Assembly (NCBI GenBank): GCA_022703645.1
Contig: JAKLDG010000001.1
Span: forward strand, 443,277 to 507,276
Direction: 5' to 3'
DNA length: 64,000 bases
Source of the DNA: Patescibacteria group bacterium
GTDB lineage: Bacteria; Patescibacteriota; JACPGU01
Positions 29,403-38,388 of the stretch are shown here, in pieces (position 1 is the stretch's first letter; each line of letters starts with the position of its first letter). The position numbers were made by a program, and so were the translations under genes. The notes under the pieces are model-generated. The model searched no databases, was not told the origin of the DNA, and saw only the letters and a list, made by a program, of their open reading frames with translations.

Positions 29403-30536
29403 TCATCTCTTCGCTCTCATGTAGTTTCCCCCGCCTACATTCCTCACTAACCCCTTCATTTCCATTGTCACGAGCGTACCGTTCAAATCTGAAATCGCAA
29501 TCCCCGCTTCGCGCGCTATTTCATCAATATGCTTGCTTTCTAATTCCAAAACCTTCAAAACTTTTTCTTCATTTTCGTTTTCTGGAATTATTTCATGAGC
29601 TTCAATATTTTCTGCCACATTTTTCAAGTGCAACTCTTCCAGAATATCATCAACTCTTTCAACTAATTTTGCGCCTTTTTTTATCAGCGCATTTGGACCT
29701 GATGCGTTTTTATTATAAATCGAGCCCGGAACCGCAAAAACATCTCTCCCCTGTTCCAGCGCAAATTGTCCAGTGATCAGCGATCCGCTTACCTCCGTCG
29801 CTTCGACGACTAATACGCCAAGCGAAAGCCCGGAAATAATTCTATTTCTTGCTGGAAAATTTTGTTTGAGCGGTGGCGTAAATATCGGATATTCTGATAT
29901 TATCGCTCCTCTCCCATTAATAATTTCGGCTGCCAGAGCACGGTTTTCTGTGGGGTAAATACTCGCATCGTCAATTCCACAACCCAAGACCGCGATCGTT
30001 CTGGCATCTTTAATTGCAAGAGCCGCTTGATGCGCGATTCCGTCTATGCCTGCAGCTAACCCTGAAATAATCGTTATTTTATTTTGCGCCAAACCGGTTA
30101 CTAATTCTTTAGTAACCTGCCTGCCGTAATCAGAGCAACGTCTAGCTCCCACAACCGCAAAGGCAAACTCATCTTCACTTTTCAGCTCACCTCGAACATA
30201 AAGCAAAAACGGCGGGTTATAAATCTCTTTCAACAATTTCGGATAATTTTTATCTTTGATCGTAATCAAGCGAATCCCCTCTTTCTCGATTTTTTCCATC
30301 TCAATATCAAGATTTATTTCGCCGCGCGCTTTTTTTATTTCAGTGATAATAGTCTCTTCAATTCCTGCGCGAGAGAGATCGGAATCGCTCGCTTTCCAAG
30401 CATTTTCCATAGAATCAAAAAAGCTCACCAAACGATTCCCGCGAGCAGCCCCAATTCCCGGTATCATTGAAAATCCAACCCAATATTTTAGATCGTCTTT
30501 TTTCATATTTTCAGCGTAACATAAATTTTTTACCAA
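29403..30536 (-). CDS. dprA: DNA-processing protein DprA (Smf)
   Basis: 377 aa. 'AFAVVGARRCSDYG', 'IISGLAAGIDGIAHQAAL', 'AVLGCGID' Rossmann DprA core, C-terminal winged-helix. Confidence 0.88.
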   Translation of the reverse strand: MVKNLCYAENMKKDDLKYWVGFSMIPGIGAARGNRLVSFFDSMENAWKASDSDLSRAGIEETIITEIKKARGEINLDIEMEKIEKEGIRLITIKDKNYPKLLKEIYNPPFLLYVRGELKSEDEFAFAVVGARRCSDYGRQVTKELVTGLAQNKITIISGLAAGIDGIAHQAALAIKDARTIAVLGCGIDDASIYPTENRALAAEIINGRGAIISEYPIFTPPLKQNFPARNRIISGLSLGVLVVEATEVSGSLITGQFALEQGRDVFAVPGSIYNKNASGPNALIKKGAKLVERVDDILEELHLKNVAENIEAHEIIPENENEEKVLKVLELESKHIDEIAREAGIAISDLNGTLVTMEMKGLVRNVGGGNYMRAKR

Positions 30537-30629
30537 ACCAAGTAAAATAAAATAATCTTTACATATTGGCTTATTTATGCTATAATTTAAAGCATTAGGA
30601 AGAACATTACAAATTCAAGGAGGGCTAAA

Positions 30630-31304
30630 ATGCCTGAAAAAAAGAAGGTATTTCTGACAGATCCAAACTGGAGGGTGTTCGAAATTTCTTGGACGCCAAA
30701 AGACTATGGGGAAATAAAAAAGAAAAAAATCTCCAAGTTTTTAGCGGAACATCAGGACGGATGGTTCATGAATATCCTTTCACTGTCCAACGGAACGCTG
30801 ACTTTCCGCATCAAGGCAACTAAGAAAGAAAAAGAAAGTATTAGCTCACCGGTTTTCATCGGGAGAATTCTGACAAGAGCACAGAAAACTCTCTCCGGAG
30901 AAAAAATGGGGTTTATCGATGCCGATACCCATATTCGTGAAGAAGACTGCTCCATAAAAATCTTATACGTTTTCATAATTTCCGGAGACAACCTTCTTTA
31001 CCCGGTAAAAAGAATCGGCACTTCTGAAAAAAAAGTCTTGCTCGCACTAAACCCAGGCCGCGAAATCGTCAACATGAAGGTCTCAAAAGAAGAGCTGAAA
31101 GGAACATCAGCAGAATTCGCACCAACACTTCGGTCCTGCAAGAAAAATATCTGCTGGAAAAAAGAGTTCCCGATCGCGAAAGCCATCGAGGAAGAAATGC
31201 GCGAGCATCAAGAAAAAAAAGCATCAAACGCGAATACTCCTGCGAAAAAAGGTAGAAAGAAAGAAAGGTATGCAATCCCGGGTCAAGGAAATCTTGATCT
31301 ATAA
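30630..31304 (+). CDS. hypothetical protein (plus-strand ORFan with elevated GC)
   Basis: 224 aa, basic. Preceded by an extended -10 (TGCTATAAT at ~30580) and an AGGAGG SD 7 nt before the ATG. Confidence 0.6.
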   Translation: MPEKKKVFLTDPNWRVFEISWTPKDYGEIKKKKISKFLAEHQDGWFMNILSLSNGTLTFRIKATKKEKESISSPVFIGRILTRAQKTLSGEKMGFIDADTHIREEDCSIKILYVFIISGDNLLYPVKRIGTSEKKVLLALNPGREIVNMKVSKEELKGTSAEFAPTLRSCKKNICWKKEFPIAKAIEEEMREHQEKKASNANTPAKKGRKKERYAIPGQGNLDL

Positions 31305-31344
31305 CAATGCCACTTTTCCCTCAGTCTTTTTAGACTGCCGGGAA

Positions 31345-31366
31345 TTGCCTTCCGAAAGGGAGGCAT
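31345..31366 (+). terminator. rho-independent terminator between convergent genes
   Basis: GCCTTCC-GAAA-GGGAGGC hairpin then ATTTTTATTTT; sits between the stops at 31304 (+) and 31369 (-). Confidence 0.6.
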
Positions 31367-31368
31367 TT

Positions 31369-34300
31369 TTATTTTGCAAGATCCTCAATCAGGTTTTCCA
31401 ACTTTCTCAGCCAATCACTTCCTAACTTTTCCAAATCAATACGAACCAACATATTGCCAAAATACCAATAGCCATTTGTCGCAACAATTTTTCGTGATTC
31501 TTCTTTTGTTAAAACATGGTCAAATTCGATATATAATTTTTTGACCTTTACATCCGCAATCGATAAAACATCCTTTACGACCATAGATTTAATTCCAGCG
31601 GCCTTTGCAAGAATTTTTAATTTAATCAGTTCGAATAAATTATCAAACTTTTGTGGTATTTTACTTTCCTGATTTATAATTTCCTCCTTAATTTCCTCAA
31701 TTTCTTCAATTTCATCTATGCTTGCCAATTTCTGATACATTTTTATCTTATCCTCTTCCTTTTCATAAAATCCATCCGGAATTAACGCGGAAATCGGTAA
31801 ATCAATCTTAATTTCATCCTCGCTTTTTGCAAATGTCGATTTGCCTTCTTTAATATTCCCCACTGCTTCTTCGAGTAATCGAAGGTAGTATCCAACACCA
31901 ACCATTTGCATCGATCCATGCTGTTCTTTTCCAAGTATGTTTCCGGAACCTCTGATATCAAGATCTTCAAGTGATAACTGGTAGCCGGAACCAAGATCGC
32001 CTTTTTCGGTAATAGTTTTAAGCCGTCTTGCGGCATTGCCAACCAAGTCCTTCGAATCATAAAGAAAATATGCGTATGCTTGGCGGAAGCTTCTACCGAT
32101 TCTCCCGCGAAGTTGATGCAGTTGGGATAGACCAAACTTTGTCGCTTTGTCCACTATGAGAGTATTAACGGTTGAAATATCCAGCCCCGACTCAATAATC
32201 GTAGAACAAACCAAAACTTGGAATTTCCCTGCGGCAAAATCATTCATCACGTGAGCTAAAGCTTCCTCCCCCATTTGTCCATGTCCAATTCCAAAAGTCA
32301 CTTTTGGCAATAATGTTTTTAGTTTTCCCGCCAAGGCAGTAATTGTCCGCACTTCATTATGAACGAAGTAAACTTGTCCATCACGATCAATTTCTCTTTG
32401 AATTGCTTCTCGTATAATCTCTTCATCACCTTTTATCACGATGGTTTTTATTGGCAGTCTTCCTTCCGGCGGAGTCGCAATAACGCTAATATCTTTCAGC
32501 CCTGATAAACCCATGTAAAGAGTTCTTGGAATTGGGGTCGCAGTCATAGTGAGAATGTCCACTTTGTCGCGCAATTTTTTGAGCTTTTCCTTATGCTTTA
32601 CGCCGAATTTTTGTTCCTCATCAATAACTATCAACATGAGATTTTTGAATTTCATATCAGATGATAATAATCTGTGGGTCCCGATCACAATATCCACGTT
32701 TCCGCTTGCAATTTTTTTCACAATCTCTTTCTGCTCAGTAGTACTATGAAACCTAGACAAAGATTCTATATTGCAATGCAGAAATTCCAATCTTTCTCGG
32801 AATGTCTGCAGATGCTGCTCAGCAAGAATTGTTGTTGGTGTTAATACTGCAACTTGTCCACCCGAATCAATGACACGAGCAGCAGCGCGAATTGCCACTT
32901 CTGTCTTGCCATAGCCGACGTCTCCGCAGACAAGCCTATCCATCGGCTTTGCTTCCATCATGTCAGAAAGCACATCATCAATCGCTTTTTGCTGATCTGG
33001 CGTCGTTTTGTAAGCAAAGCTACGAGAAAGAGCGTCTTGCTCCTTCGCATCATTAATATATCGGTAAGGTTTTTCTCCAGATCGCAAAGCTTGCGTTTCG
33101 ATTAATTCTTTAGCGATTTTTTCAACATTTTCCTGAACTTTTTTACGGACTTTTAGCCAGTTTCCGGATTTCAAAGATGATAAAAGAGGACTTTGATTCC
33201 CAACGCTGATATATTTTGTTATTTTATCTGCCTGATCGAGTGGAACAAAAATCTTATCTCCTCCTCCGTATTCAATGAAAATATATTCCCGGCTGATTTT
33301 GTCTACTGTGATTTCCCCGAATCCGGTAAAAATACCAATACCATGATCAATATGCACGACATACTCACCTTTCTTCAGGTTTGTAATTGCCGAAAAATCT
33401 ATCTTTTTTTTCTTCCTGTTTTTAAATTGGCCAAATATCTCTTTATCACTAAAAATCGTGATGCCAAGACTTCCAAGATCAACTCCCTCGCTAAGATGCC
33501 CTCCAATAATTTGTACGGCCGAATGGCTGTTTGACCCTACTTCAATAGAGTTTTCCAATAAAAATTTCTTCATCTCATCTATCTTCTCGGTAACAATAAA
33601 AACCTCCCTCTCTTTTGTTTTATTGTTTTCTTGTTTTATTGTTTTCTTGATTTCATGAACAAATTCCATCACCGCGCCTTTATAGTTTTTCGGCGCAAAC
33701 CAAGAAAGGTTCACACCCTTTTTTTCATCTACATGGAATGGTTCAATATAAACAACCTTTTGTTTTTTTACAAAAGCCTCAAGATCTTTAAGTTTTTCGA
33801 TTTCGTCTTCGGTAACTTTATAATCATCAGATGAAAAATACGAAAAGAAACTGTTATTAAATTGATCTTCACCATCAACCAAAAAAACAAAACCGTCAAG
33901 ATATTTGAGAAAAAAATCACTTCCTTCTGTAATTTTATTTGGGTAGACTTCAATTTTCTCAAACTCTTTTTCGTTTACCAAGTCTGAAATTTTTTCAACT
34001 TCATCTCCAAAAAATTCAATTCTATATTGCTTTTCAAAAATATTTATCTCAAGAACATCTCCTTTCACACCAAACTCTCCCCTACTGCCGACTTTTTTCA
34101 CTTTTTCATATCCGTTTTTAACCAACTGATCCGGAATCTGATGCGCGATATCATATTTCTCGCCCTTTTTGATTTCAAAAAAACTCTCTTTGTAGTTTTC
34201 GATTGGAATGACGCGAGTAAATAGTGTTTCGAAATCGATAAATACCGCCTTATTTTTATTCTCCGGCAAGTACAATTCTTCAACGTTGTCTGTTCTTAAC

Positions 34301-34566
34301 CAAAAAAAGCTGTCAAACCCAAGAGTTTTAGTGTTGCTAATTATATCCCCGGAATCGAGAATCTTTTTACTTGATAGGAAAACCACTCTCTTTTTATCCG
34401 CTTTACCGGGTATTTCATAGAGCTCGTTATGAAAATAACTTAGCAATATAGACTTGCTTATATCCCCTACTTCACCAATAAAAAAAGGCGTAGGTACACG
34501 AACCCCCGCCTCAAATAGTTTTGAGTTGGTTATTTTCTCTGAAATTTGTTTTGCTAAATTCTTCAT
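31369..34566 (-). CDS. mfd: transcription-repair coupling factor Mfd
   Basis: 1065 aa. RecG-like helicase core 'LVCGDVGYGKTEVAIRAA', 'DEEQKFGV', 'TATPIPRT'; N-terminal UvrB-homology and C-terminal TRCF domains. Confidence 0.9.
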   Translation of the reverse strand: MKNLAKQISEKITNSKLFEAGVRVPTPFFIGEVGDISKSILLSYFHNELYEIPGKADKKRVVFLSSKKILDSGDIISNTKTLGFDSFFWLRTDNVEELYLPENKNKAVFIDFETLFTRVIPIENYKESFFEIKKGEKYDIAHQIPDQLVKNGYEKVKKVGSRGEFGVKGDVLEINIFEKQYRIEFFGDEVEKISDLVNEKEFEKIEVYPNKITEGSDFFLKYLDGFVFLVDGEDQFNNSFFSYFSSDDYKVTEDEIEKLKDLEAFVKKQKVVYIEPFHVDEKKGVNLSWFAPKNYKGAVMEFVHEIKKTIKQENNKTKEREVFIVTEKIDEMKKFLLENSIEVGSNSHSAVQIIGGHLSEGVDLGSLGITIFSDKEIFGQFKNRKKKKIDFSAITNLKKGEYVVHIDHGIGIFTGFGEITVDKISREYIFIEYGGGDKIFVPLDQADKITKYISVGNQSPLLSSLKSGNWLKVRKKVQENVEKIAKELIETQALRSGEKPYRYINDAKEQDALSRSFAYKTTPDQQKAIDDVLSDMMEAKPMDRLVCGDVGYGKTEVAIRAAARVIDSGGQVAVLTPTTILAEQHLQTFRERLEFLHCNIESLSRFHSTTEQKEIVKKIASGNVDIVIGTHRLLSSDMKFKNLMLIVIDEEQKFGVKHKEKLKKLRDKVDILTMTATPIPRTLYMGLSGLKDISVIATPPEGRLPIKTIVIKGDEEIIREAIQREIDRDGQVYFVHNEVRTITALAGKLKTLLPKVTFGIGHGQMGEEALAHVMNDFAAGKFQVLVCSTIIESGLDISTVNTLIVDKATKFGLSQLHQLRGRIGRSFRQAYAYFLYDSKDLVGNAARRLKTITEKGDLGSGYQLSLEDLDIRGSGNILGKEQHGSMQMVGVGYYLRLLEEAVGNIKEGKSTFAKSEDEIKIDLPISALIPDGFYEKEEDKIKMYQKLASIDEIEEIEEIKEEIINQESKIPQKFDNLFELIKLKILAKAAGIKSMVVKDVLSIADVKVKKLYIEFDHVLTKEESRKIVATNGYWYFGNMLVRIDLEKLGSDWLRKLENLIEDLAK

Positions 34567-34675
34567 TCATAAATATTATACCAGTATCAATGTAAAACTC
34601 AAGGTTATCGTTAGTTAAATATAGCCCAAGAGTACTAAATCCTATCATCCTAATCCCCGTAACCTATTCTAAAAG

Positions 34676-34684
34676 TTATCCACA
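34676..34684 (+). promoter_or_regulatory. DnaA-box 9-mer TTATCCACA in the mfd upstream region; box-like variants at 34786-34810
   Basis: Perfect TTATCCACA ~110 bp upstream of the mfd start. Nearby TTGTGGACAA and TTATCCATT, and an inverted repeat TGGTCAATT...AATTGACCA. Confidence 0.45.
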
Positions 34685-34859
34685 GTGGTCAATTTATATG
34701 CTATTTTTTAATTGACCAGTGTGTAAAATATTCAAGTATATTTGTCCATCTATTACATAATAATGGCTTAATTAAGTCAATATTATTTGTGGACAAATTA
34801 TCCATTGACAATTAGAAATCATTGTGCTATATTATAAGCAAAATTCAGTATCGAAAGAA

Positions 34860-35460
34860 AGCACATTCATAAAAAATCTATATCACTTCTCACTAACTTT
34901 AGACATATGGAGTTGGTAGAGAAAGTGCTAGTCACGAAGAGTCAGTCTGGTCTCAAAGAAAATTTATTTCCTTTGTCTCCTCTCTAACTTTCTCGCGGTT
35001 AGCACTCTCTCTACCAATACTTAGAAAAAATTTTCAAGAGGTTCGCCTTTTGAAAAAATATCAAAGTTGTTTGTGGAGAGAAAACTACTTGCGAACTCTC
35101 AACGCAAGTTGAGATTCGGAAAATCTTTTAGCCCTCCTTTAAGAAATTCCTACTCGCAAGTAGTACTCTCCCCATTAGCACCCACGCACTAGCTCAGAAA
35201 TCCTATTGGAGGAGCTAGGGTCAAAATAATGTCGCCTAGACAGAATAGTTTGGGAATTCTGCTAGTGAGGAGTAATTTGGACGGATCGTCCCGGATGTAA
35301 AGGTCTCATAGCCTACCAAAATAAAAATAAAACTATAAATACATTAATATGAGGCCTCCCCACCCAGGAGGATCCGTCCAAAACATCTACACCACCTCCA
35401 AATCTCTCAACACCGAAGTAGCACCTTCGGAGCCAGCGCCAAGCTGGCTACTACTCGTAC
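34860..35460. ncRNA. candidate structured noncoding RNA of unknown family (ORF-free, hairpin-rich, GC-elevated region between mfd and pth)
   Basis: No ORF of 60 aa or more on any frame across ~960 bp. Multiple GNRA-capped hairpins (TCTCAAC-GCAA-GTTGAGA; TACTC-GCAA-GTAGTA). Local helices CCGAAG..CTTCGG and AGCCAGC-GCCAA-GCTGGCT. Long-range complementarities GGTAGAGAAAGTGCTAG / TTAGCACTCTCTCTACC and GACGGATC...GATCCGTC. Region ends just upstream of a perfect bidirectional terminator. Confidence 0.35.
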
Positions 35461-35465
35461 AAAAA

Positions 35466-35485
35466 AACCGGTCATTCGACCGGTT
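35466..35485 (-). terminator. bidirectional rho-independent terminator (pth terminator; may also close the upstream structured region)
   Basis: AACCGGTC-ATTC-GACCGGTT perfect 8-bp stem flanked by A7 upstream and TTTTTATTTTT downstream. Confidence 0.75.
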
Positions 35486-35533
35486 TTTATTTTTGATTTT
35501 TTGATTTCTTGCTTTCTTGTTTAATTGTCTCCC

Positions 35534-36097
35534 CTACATTCCCAAATACTGAATTCCATTTATCAATAAATCCTCAATGACGTTTTCAATAATCTCCTTT
35601 TCACTAACCTTTAGAGCCTGCAAAACCCAATCTTCAATCTTTGTTAATTCATCCTCTGGTCTGCCGATACCGATTCTGACGCGTATAAAGCGCTCTGTAC
35701 CGAGATTATCTATAATAGACTGTAATCCTCGATGGCCCGCAGAAGAACCTTCAGCGCGCATTTTTATCTTCCCCAAAGGAATATCTATGTCATCGTATAT
35801 AACTATCAAGTCTTTTTCTGGGTTTACTTTATAAAAATCAACTACTTTACGCACTGCAATTCCGGAATTATTCATAAAAGTCTGCGGTTTGACGAGGATT
35901 ATATCTTCCTTGCCCAATTTTAACTTTGCAACCTCCGCATCAAACTTTTTTTCAAGCTTAAATTCTTGGATAATCGAAACCTTGCTTTCTTGTTTTTTTG
36001 TTTTATTGATTATTTGTTCCAACCCCAAAAACCCCACATTATGTCGTGTGTTTGTGTATTTCTTCCCCGGATTTCCCAACCCAACTATTATTTTCAT
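35534..36097 (-). CDS. pth: peptidyl-tRNA hydrolase
   Basis: 187 aa. 'IIVGLGNPGKKYTNTRHNVGF', 'LGKIKMRAEGSSAGHRGLQSI'. Confidence 0.92.
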   Translation of the reverse strand: MKIIVGLGNPGKKYTNTRHNVGFLGLEQIINKTKKQESKVSIIQEFKLEKKFDAEVAKLKLGKEDIILVKPQTFMNNSGIAVRKVVDFYKVNPEKDLIVIYDDIDIPLGKIKMRAEGSSAGHRGLQSIIDNLGTERFIRVRIGIGRPEDELTKIEDWVLQALKVSEKEIIENVIEDLLINGIQYLGM

Positions 36098-36101
36098 ATA
36101 T

Positions 36102-36114
36102 TGTCGCGAAGCGA
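36102..36114. promoter_or_regulatory. GTCGC-GAA-GCGAC mini-hairpin immediately upstream of the pth start codon
   Basis: Same GCGAAGC-centred palindrome as in the elements at 15880 and 22512; 5 nt from the pth ATG. Confidence 0.4.
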
Positions 36115-36136
36115 CTCCAAAACTTTTAACTTCTTC

Positions 36137-36445
36137 CTACATCCCCAATCCCCCCATTAGCCCATCAAGTCCGCCCATTTCTTTCATTTTATTTGCAGCG
36201 ACTTGCTGTGCTTGGGAGAGGCCTGAAGACATAACATTCTTCAATTGAAATTCTAATTGCTCTTTCTTTTCAGCAACAAGGTAACTCTCATCAATCAGGA
36301 TAGATTGAATTTTCAGATCCGCGCTAACTTCAATTTTTATCAAATCATCTGGGCTTGTCGCTTCAATTATAGTCTGCGCTAATACTTTTTGCAGCGCGGT
36401 CGCCTGTTGTTTCAATTTATATAAGTCTTTTACTTTGTCAAACAT
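36137..36445 (-). CDS. ybaB: YbaB/EbfC family nucleoid-associated protein
   Basis: 102 aa. Pattern 'KLKQQATALQ...EATSPDDLIKIEVSADLKIQSILID...' and Gly/Met-rich C-terminus match the YbaB family. Confidence 0.75.
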   Translation of the reverse strand: MFDKVKDLYKLKQQATALQKVLAQTIIEATSPDDLIKIEVSADLKIQSILIDESYLVAEKKEQLEFQLKNVMSSGLSQAQQVAANKMKEMGGLDGLMGGLGM

Positions 36446-36464
36446 TTAAATACCTCCGGAATTT

Positions 36465-36565
36465 TTAATTTTTAATTTTTGAATTTTTAAAGAATGCTTT
36501 AAATTCAAATTTTTAAAAATTAAGATTTATTTATAAAATTAAAAATTACAAAATTAAAAATTTAG
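36465..36565. repeat. AT-only tandem repeat tract (AATTTTT/AAAAATT units) between rplI and ybaB
   Basis: TTAATTTTTAATTTTTGAATTTTTAAAG...AATTAAAAATTACAAAATTAAAAATTT. Confidence 0.5.
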
Positions 36566-36567
36566 AA

Positions 36568-37014
36568 CTATACCTGCGGTTCGATCTTTAATTTCAGAAT
36601 ACCTTTTTTATCGCCAGCTTTCACCTCAACCTCATATTCTCCAACCTTTTTAATTGGCTCCTTCAACATAATATATTCCTCGTCAATACTTTTGCTAATC
36701 TTTTTTGCTAATTCTTCAACTATATCAGCCGCATGAATTGAAGCAAAGAGATTCCCTTTTTCGTTTGCTTTTGCCTTAATAGCTAATTCAACTCCTTCAA
36801 GCTCTTTAATGAAAGCTACCATGGCAGAATCATCAACAACAGCTGCTTTATCGAATTTACGTGATCTTATTTTTGCTTCTTTAATTAATCCCGGCGTAGC
36901 TGGTGTAGCAAAACCTTGTGGAATAAGAAAATTCGTCGCATAACCGCGGGCAACGTTTTTAACCTCTCCCGGATTACCTAATGTTTTTACCTTCTTTACT
37001 AAAACGATTTGCAT
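36568..37014 (-). CDS. rplI: 50S ribosomal protein L9
   Basis: 148 aa. 'MQIVLVKKVKTLGNPGEVKNVARGYATNFLIPQG'. Confidence 0.9.
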   Translation of the reverse strand: MQIVLVKKVKTLGNPGEVKNVARGYATNFLIPQGFATPATPGLIKEAKIRSRKFDKAAVVDDSAMVAFIKELEGVELAIKAKANEKGNLFASIHAADIVEELAKKISKSIDEEYIMLKEPIKKVGEYEVEVKAGDKKGILKLKIEPQV

Positions 37015-37031
37015 GGCATTCTCCTTTTAAA

Positions 37032-38279
37032 TTATTTAATTAGTTTTTTAATCTCTTCAACTGCTCGATCTAATTGATTGTCTTTATTAATATCACTGCT
37101 ATCTTCATATTTTACCTCAATATCCGGATTTAGTCCATTCTTGTCTATCGTTGTACCATTTGGAGTGAGCCATTTCGCTACCGTTATTTTAAGAGCGCCG
37201 CCAGTGGTTAGAGGCGTCATTTCCTGCACAGATCCTTTACCGAATGTTTTTTCACCAATGAGCAATCCCCTCTTTAGATCTTTGATTGCGCCAGCAACTA
37301 TTTCTGAACCAGAAGCGCTTCCTTCATTAACCAAAACATTCATTGGGATATCAAAGAAGTTTCCCTTTCCTGTCGCATTTATCGTATCGCGCCTTCCATC
37401 TTTGTATTGTTCTATGACAATAGGACCATCTTTAATAAATTCAGAAGAAAGATCTACCGCCGCGTCCAGATAACCTCCGGGATTATTCCGAAGATCAAGA
37501 ATTAATCCTTTACTACCATTCTTTTTTATTTCAGAAACAAAAAGATCGAATAGGCTTTTTGTGGTATTGTCAAATCTCAAAACCCTGACATAAGCAACCC
37601 CGCCATCAAGCTGTTTATATTCCACGCTTTTTACATTAATAACATCGCGTTTTATGGTTAATTCAATTGGTTTTTCTGTTCCTCTAATTATAGATAATTT
37701 GACTTCCGTTCCTTTCTTGCCGCGCATCATGAGAATCGCTTCATCAATAGTCATACTGGATACATCTTTCCCATCAATCAGACCGATGATATCTCCAGGC
37801 TTTACTCCCGCTTTTTCGGCTGGGGCTCCTTCCAGTGGAGCTATTACAACCAATTTACCATCACGCGCTGTTACTTCTGCTCCGATTCCCTCAAAAGTAC
37901 CCGTCACCTCGCTATTAAATAGTCCGAGTGTTTTTGTATCAAAATATGTTGTAAATGGGTCACCGAGACTTGCGGTCATTCCAGCAATTGCGCCATCAAC
38001 TAATTTACTGTAATCAACATCTCCGATATATTTAGCTTCAAGCATTCCTACCGCTTCCCAGAATCTACTAAAATCAATGTCTTTATATTTTACCGGGGCT
38101 TGCGTATTTACTAATTTTTGCTTAACAATATCCGGAGATTTTGTTGCAAAATATGCTCCAATAATAAAAAATCCAATGGCATTTGCGATAAAAGCCATTA
38201 TCACAATAACAACAATAAATCTGTTTGATCCATTGCGCTTTTCTTTCGGATCAATTTTTACGATCTCTTCTTGTACCAT
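37032..38279 (-). CDS. ctpA: carboxy-terminal processing protease (S41 family, PDZ domain)
   Basis: 415 aa. N-terminal TM helix; PDZ domain 'GVKPGDIIGLIDGKDV'; S41 catalytic region 'LRNNPGGYLDAAVDLSSEF' and 'VLVNEGSASGSEIVAGAIKD'. Confidence 0.88.
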   Translation of the reverse strand: MVQEEIVKIDPKEKRNGSNRFIVVIVIMAFIANAIGFFIIGAYFATKSPDIVKQKLVNTQAPVKYKDIDFSRFWEAVGMLEAKYIGDVDYSKLVDGAIAGMTASLGDPFTTYFDTKTLGLFNSEVTGTFEGIGAEVTARDGKLVVIAPLEGAPAEKAGVKPGDIIGLIDGKDVSSMTIDEAILMMRGKKGTEVKLSIIRGTEKPIELTIKRDVINVKSVEYKQLDGGVAYVRVLRFDNTTKSLFDLFVSEIKKNGSKGLILDLRNNPGGYLDAAVDLSSEFIKDGPIVIEQYKDGRRDTINATGKGNFFDIPMNVLVNEGSASGSEIVAGAIKDLKRGLLIGEKTFGKGSVQEMTPLTTGGALKITVAKWLTPNGTTIDKNGLNPDIEVKYEDSSDINKDNQLDRAVEEIKKLIK

Positions 38280-38314
38280 ATAAAAATTCTAACCTATTTT
38301 TTCAGAAATAACAA

Positions 38315-38340
38315 GAGGAATGCTTTTTAAGGCATTCCTC
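38315..38340 (-). terminator. terminator hairpin after the M23 peptidase gene
   Basis: GAGGAATGC...GCATTCCTC 9-bp stem; T-rich run follows on the minus strand. Confidence 0.55.
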
Positions 38341-38344
38341 TTTA

Positions 38345-38386
38345 TTCTAGATTCTAGATTCTAAATTCTAGATTCTAGATTCTTGC
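38345..38386. repeat. (TTCTAGA)6 heptamer microsatellite
   Basis: TTCTAGATTCTAGATTCTAAATTCTAGATTCTAGATTCTTG between the peptidase stop codon and its terminator hairpin. Confidence 0.8.
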
Positions 38387-38388
38387 CC

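Noticed and set aside
34670-34810. Cluster of DnaA-box-like sequences as a chromosomal origin (oriC)
   Set aside because: No dnaA or dnaN gene nearby and no switch in gene-strand bias across the site: genes on both sides stay on the minus strand. Perfect boxes are also scattered at four other promoters. It is more likely regulatory than oriC.
34860-35490. Assigning the structured region to tmRNA, RNase P RNA or SRP RNA
   Set aside because: I could not find the tRNA-like acceptor/T-arm or CCA end of tmRNA, the GGAAAGUCCGG / CGGCUUA cores of RNase P RNA, or the domain IV motif of SRP RNA on either strand. It is left as an unknown family.
38345-38386. Short tandem repeat arrays (here and at 15848, 22481, 29161, 41679, 60072) as CRISPR arrays
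   Set aside because: Units are 6-8 bp with no unique spacers, and no cas genes are present. These are microsatellite or inverted-repeat elements.
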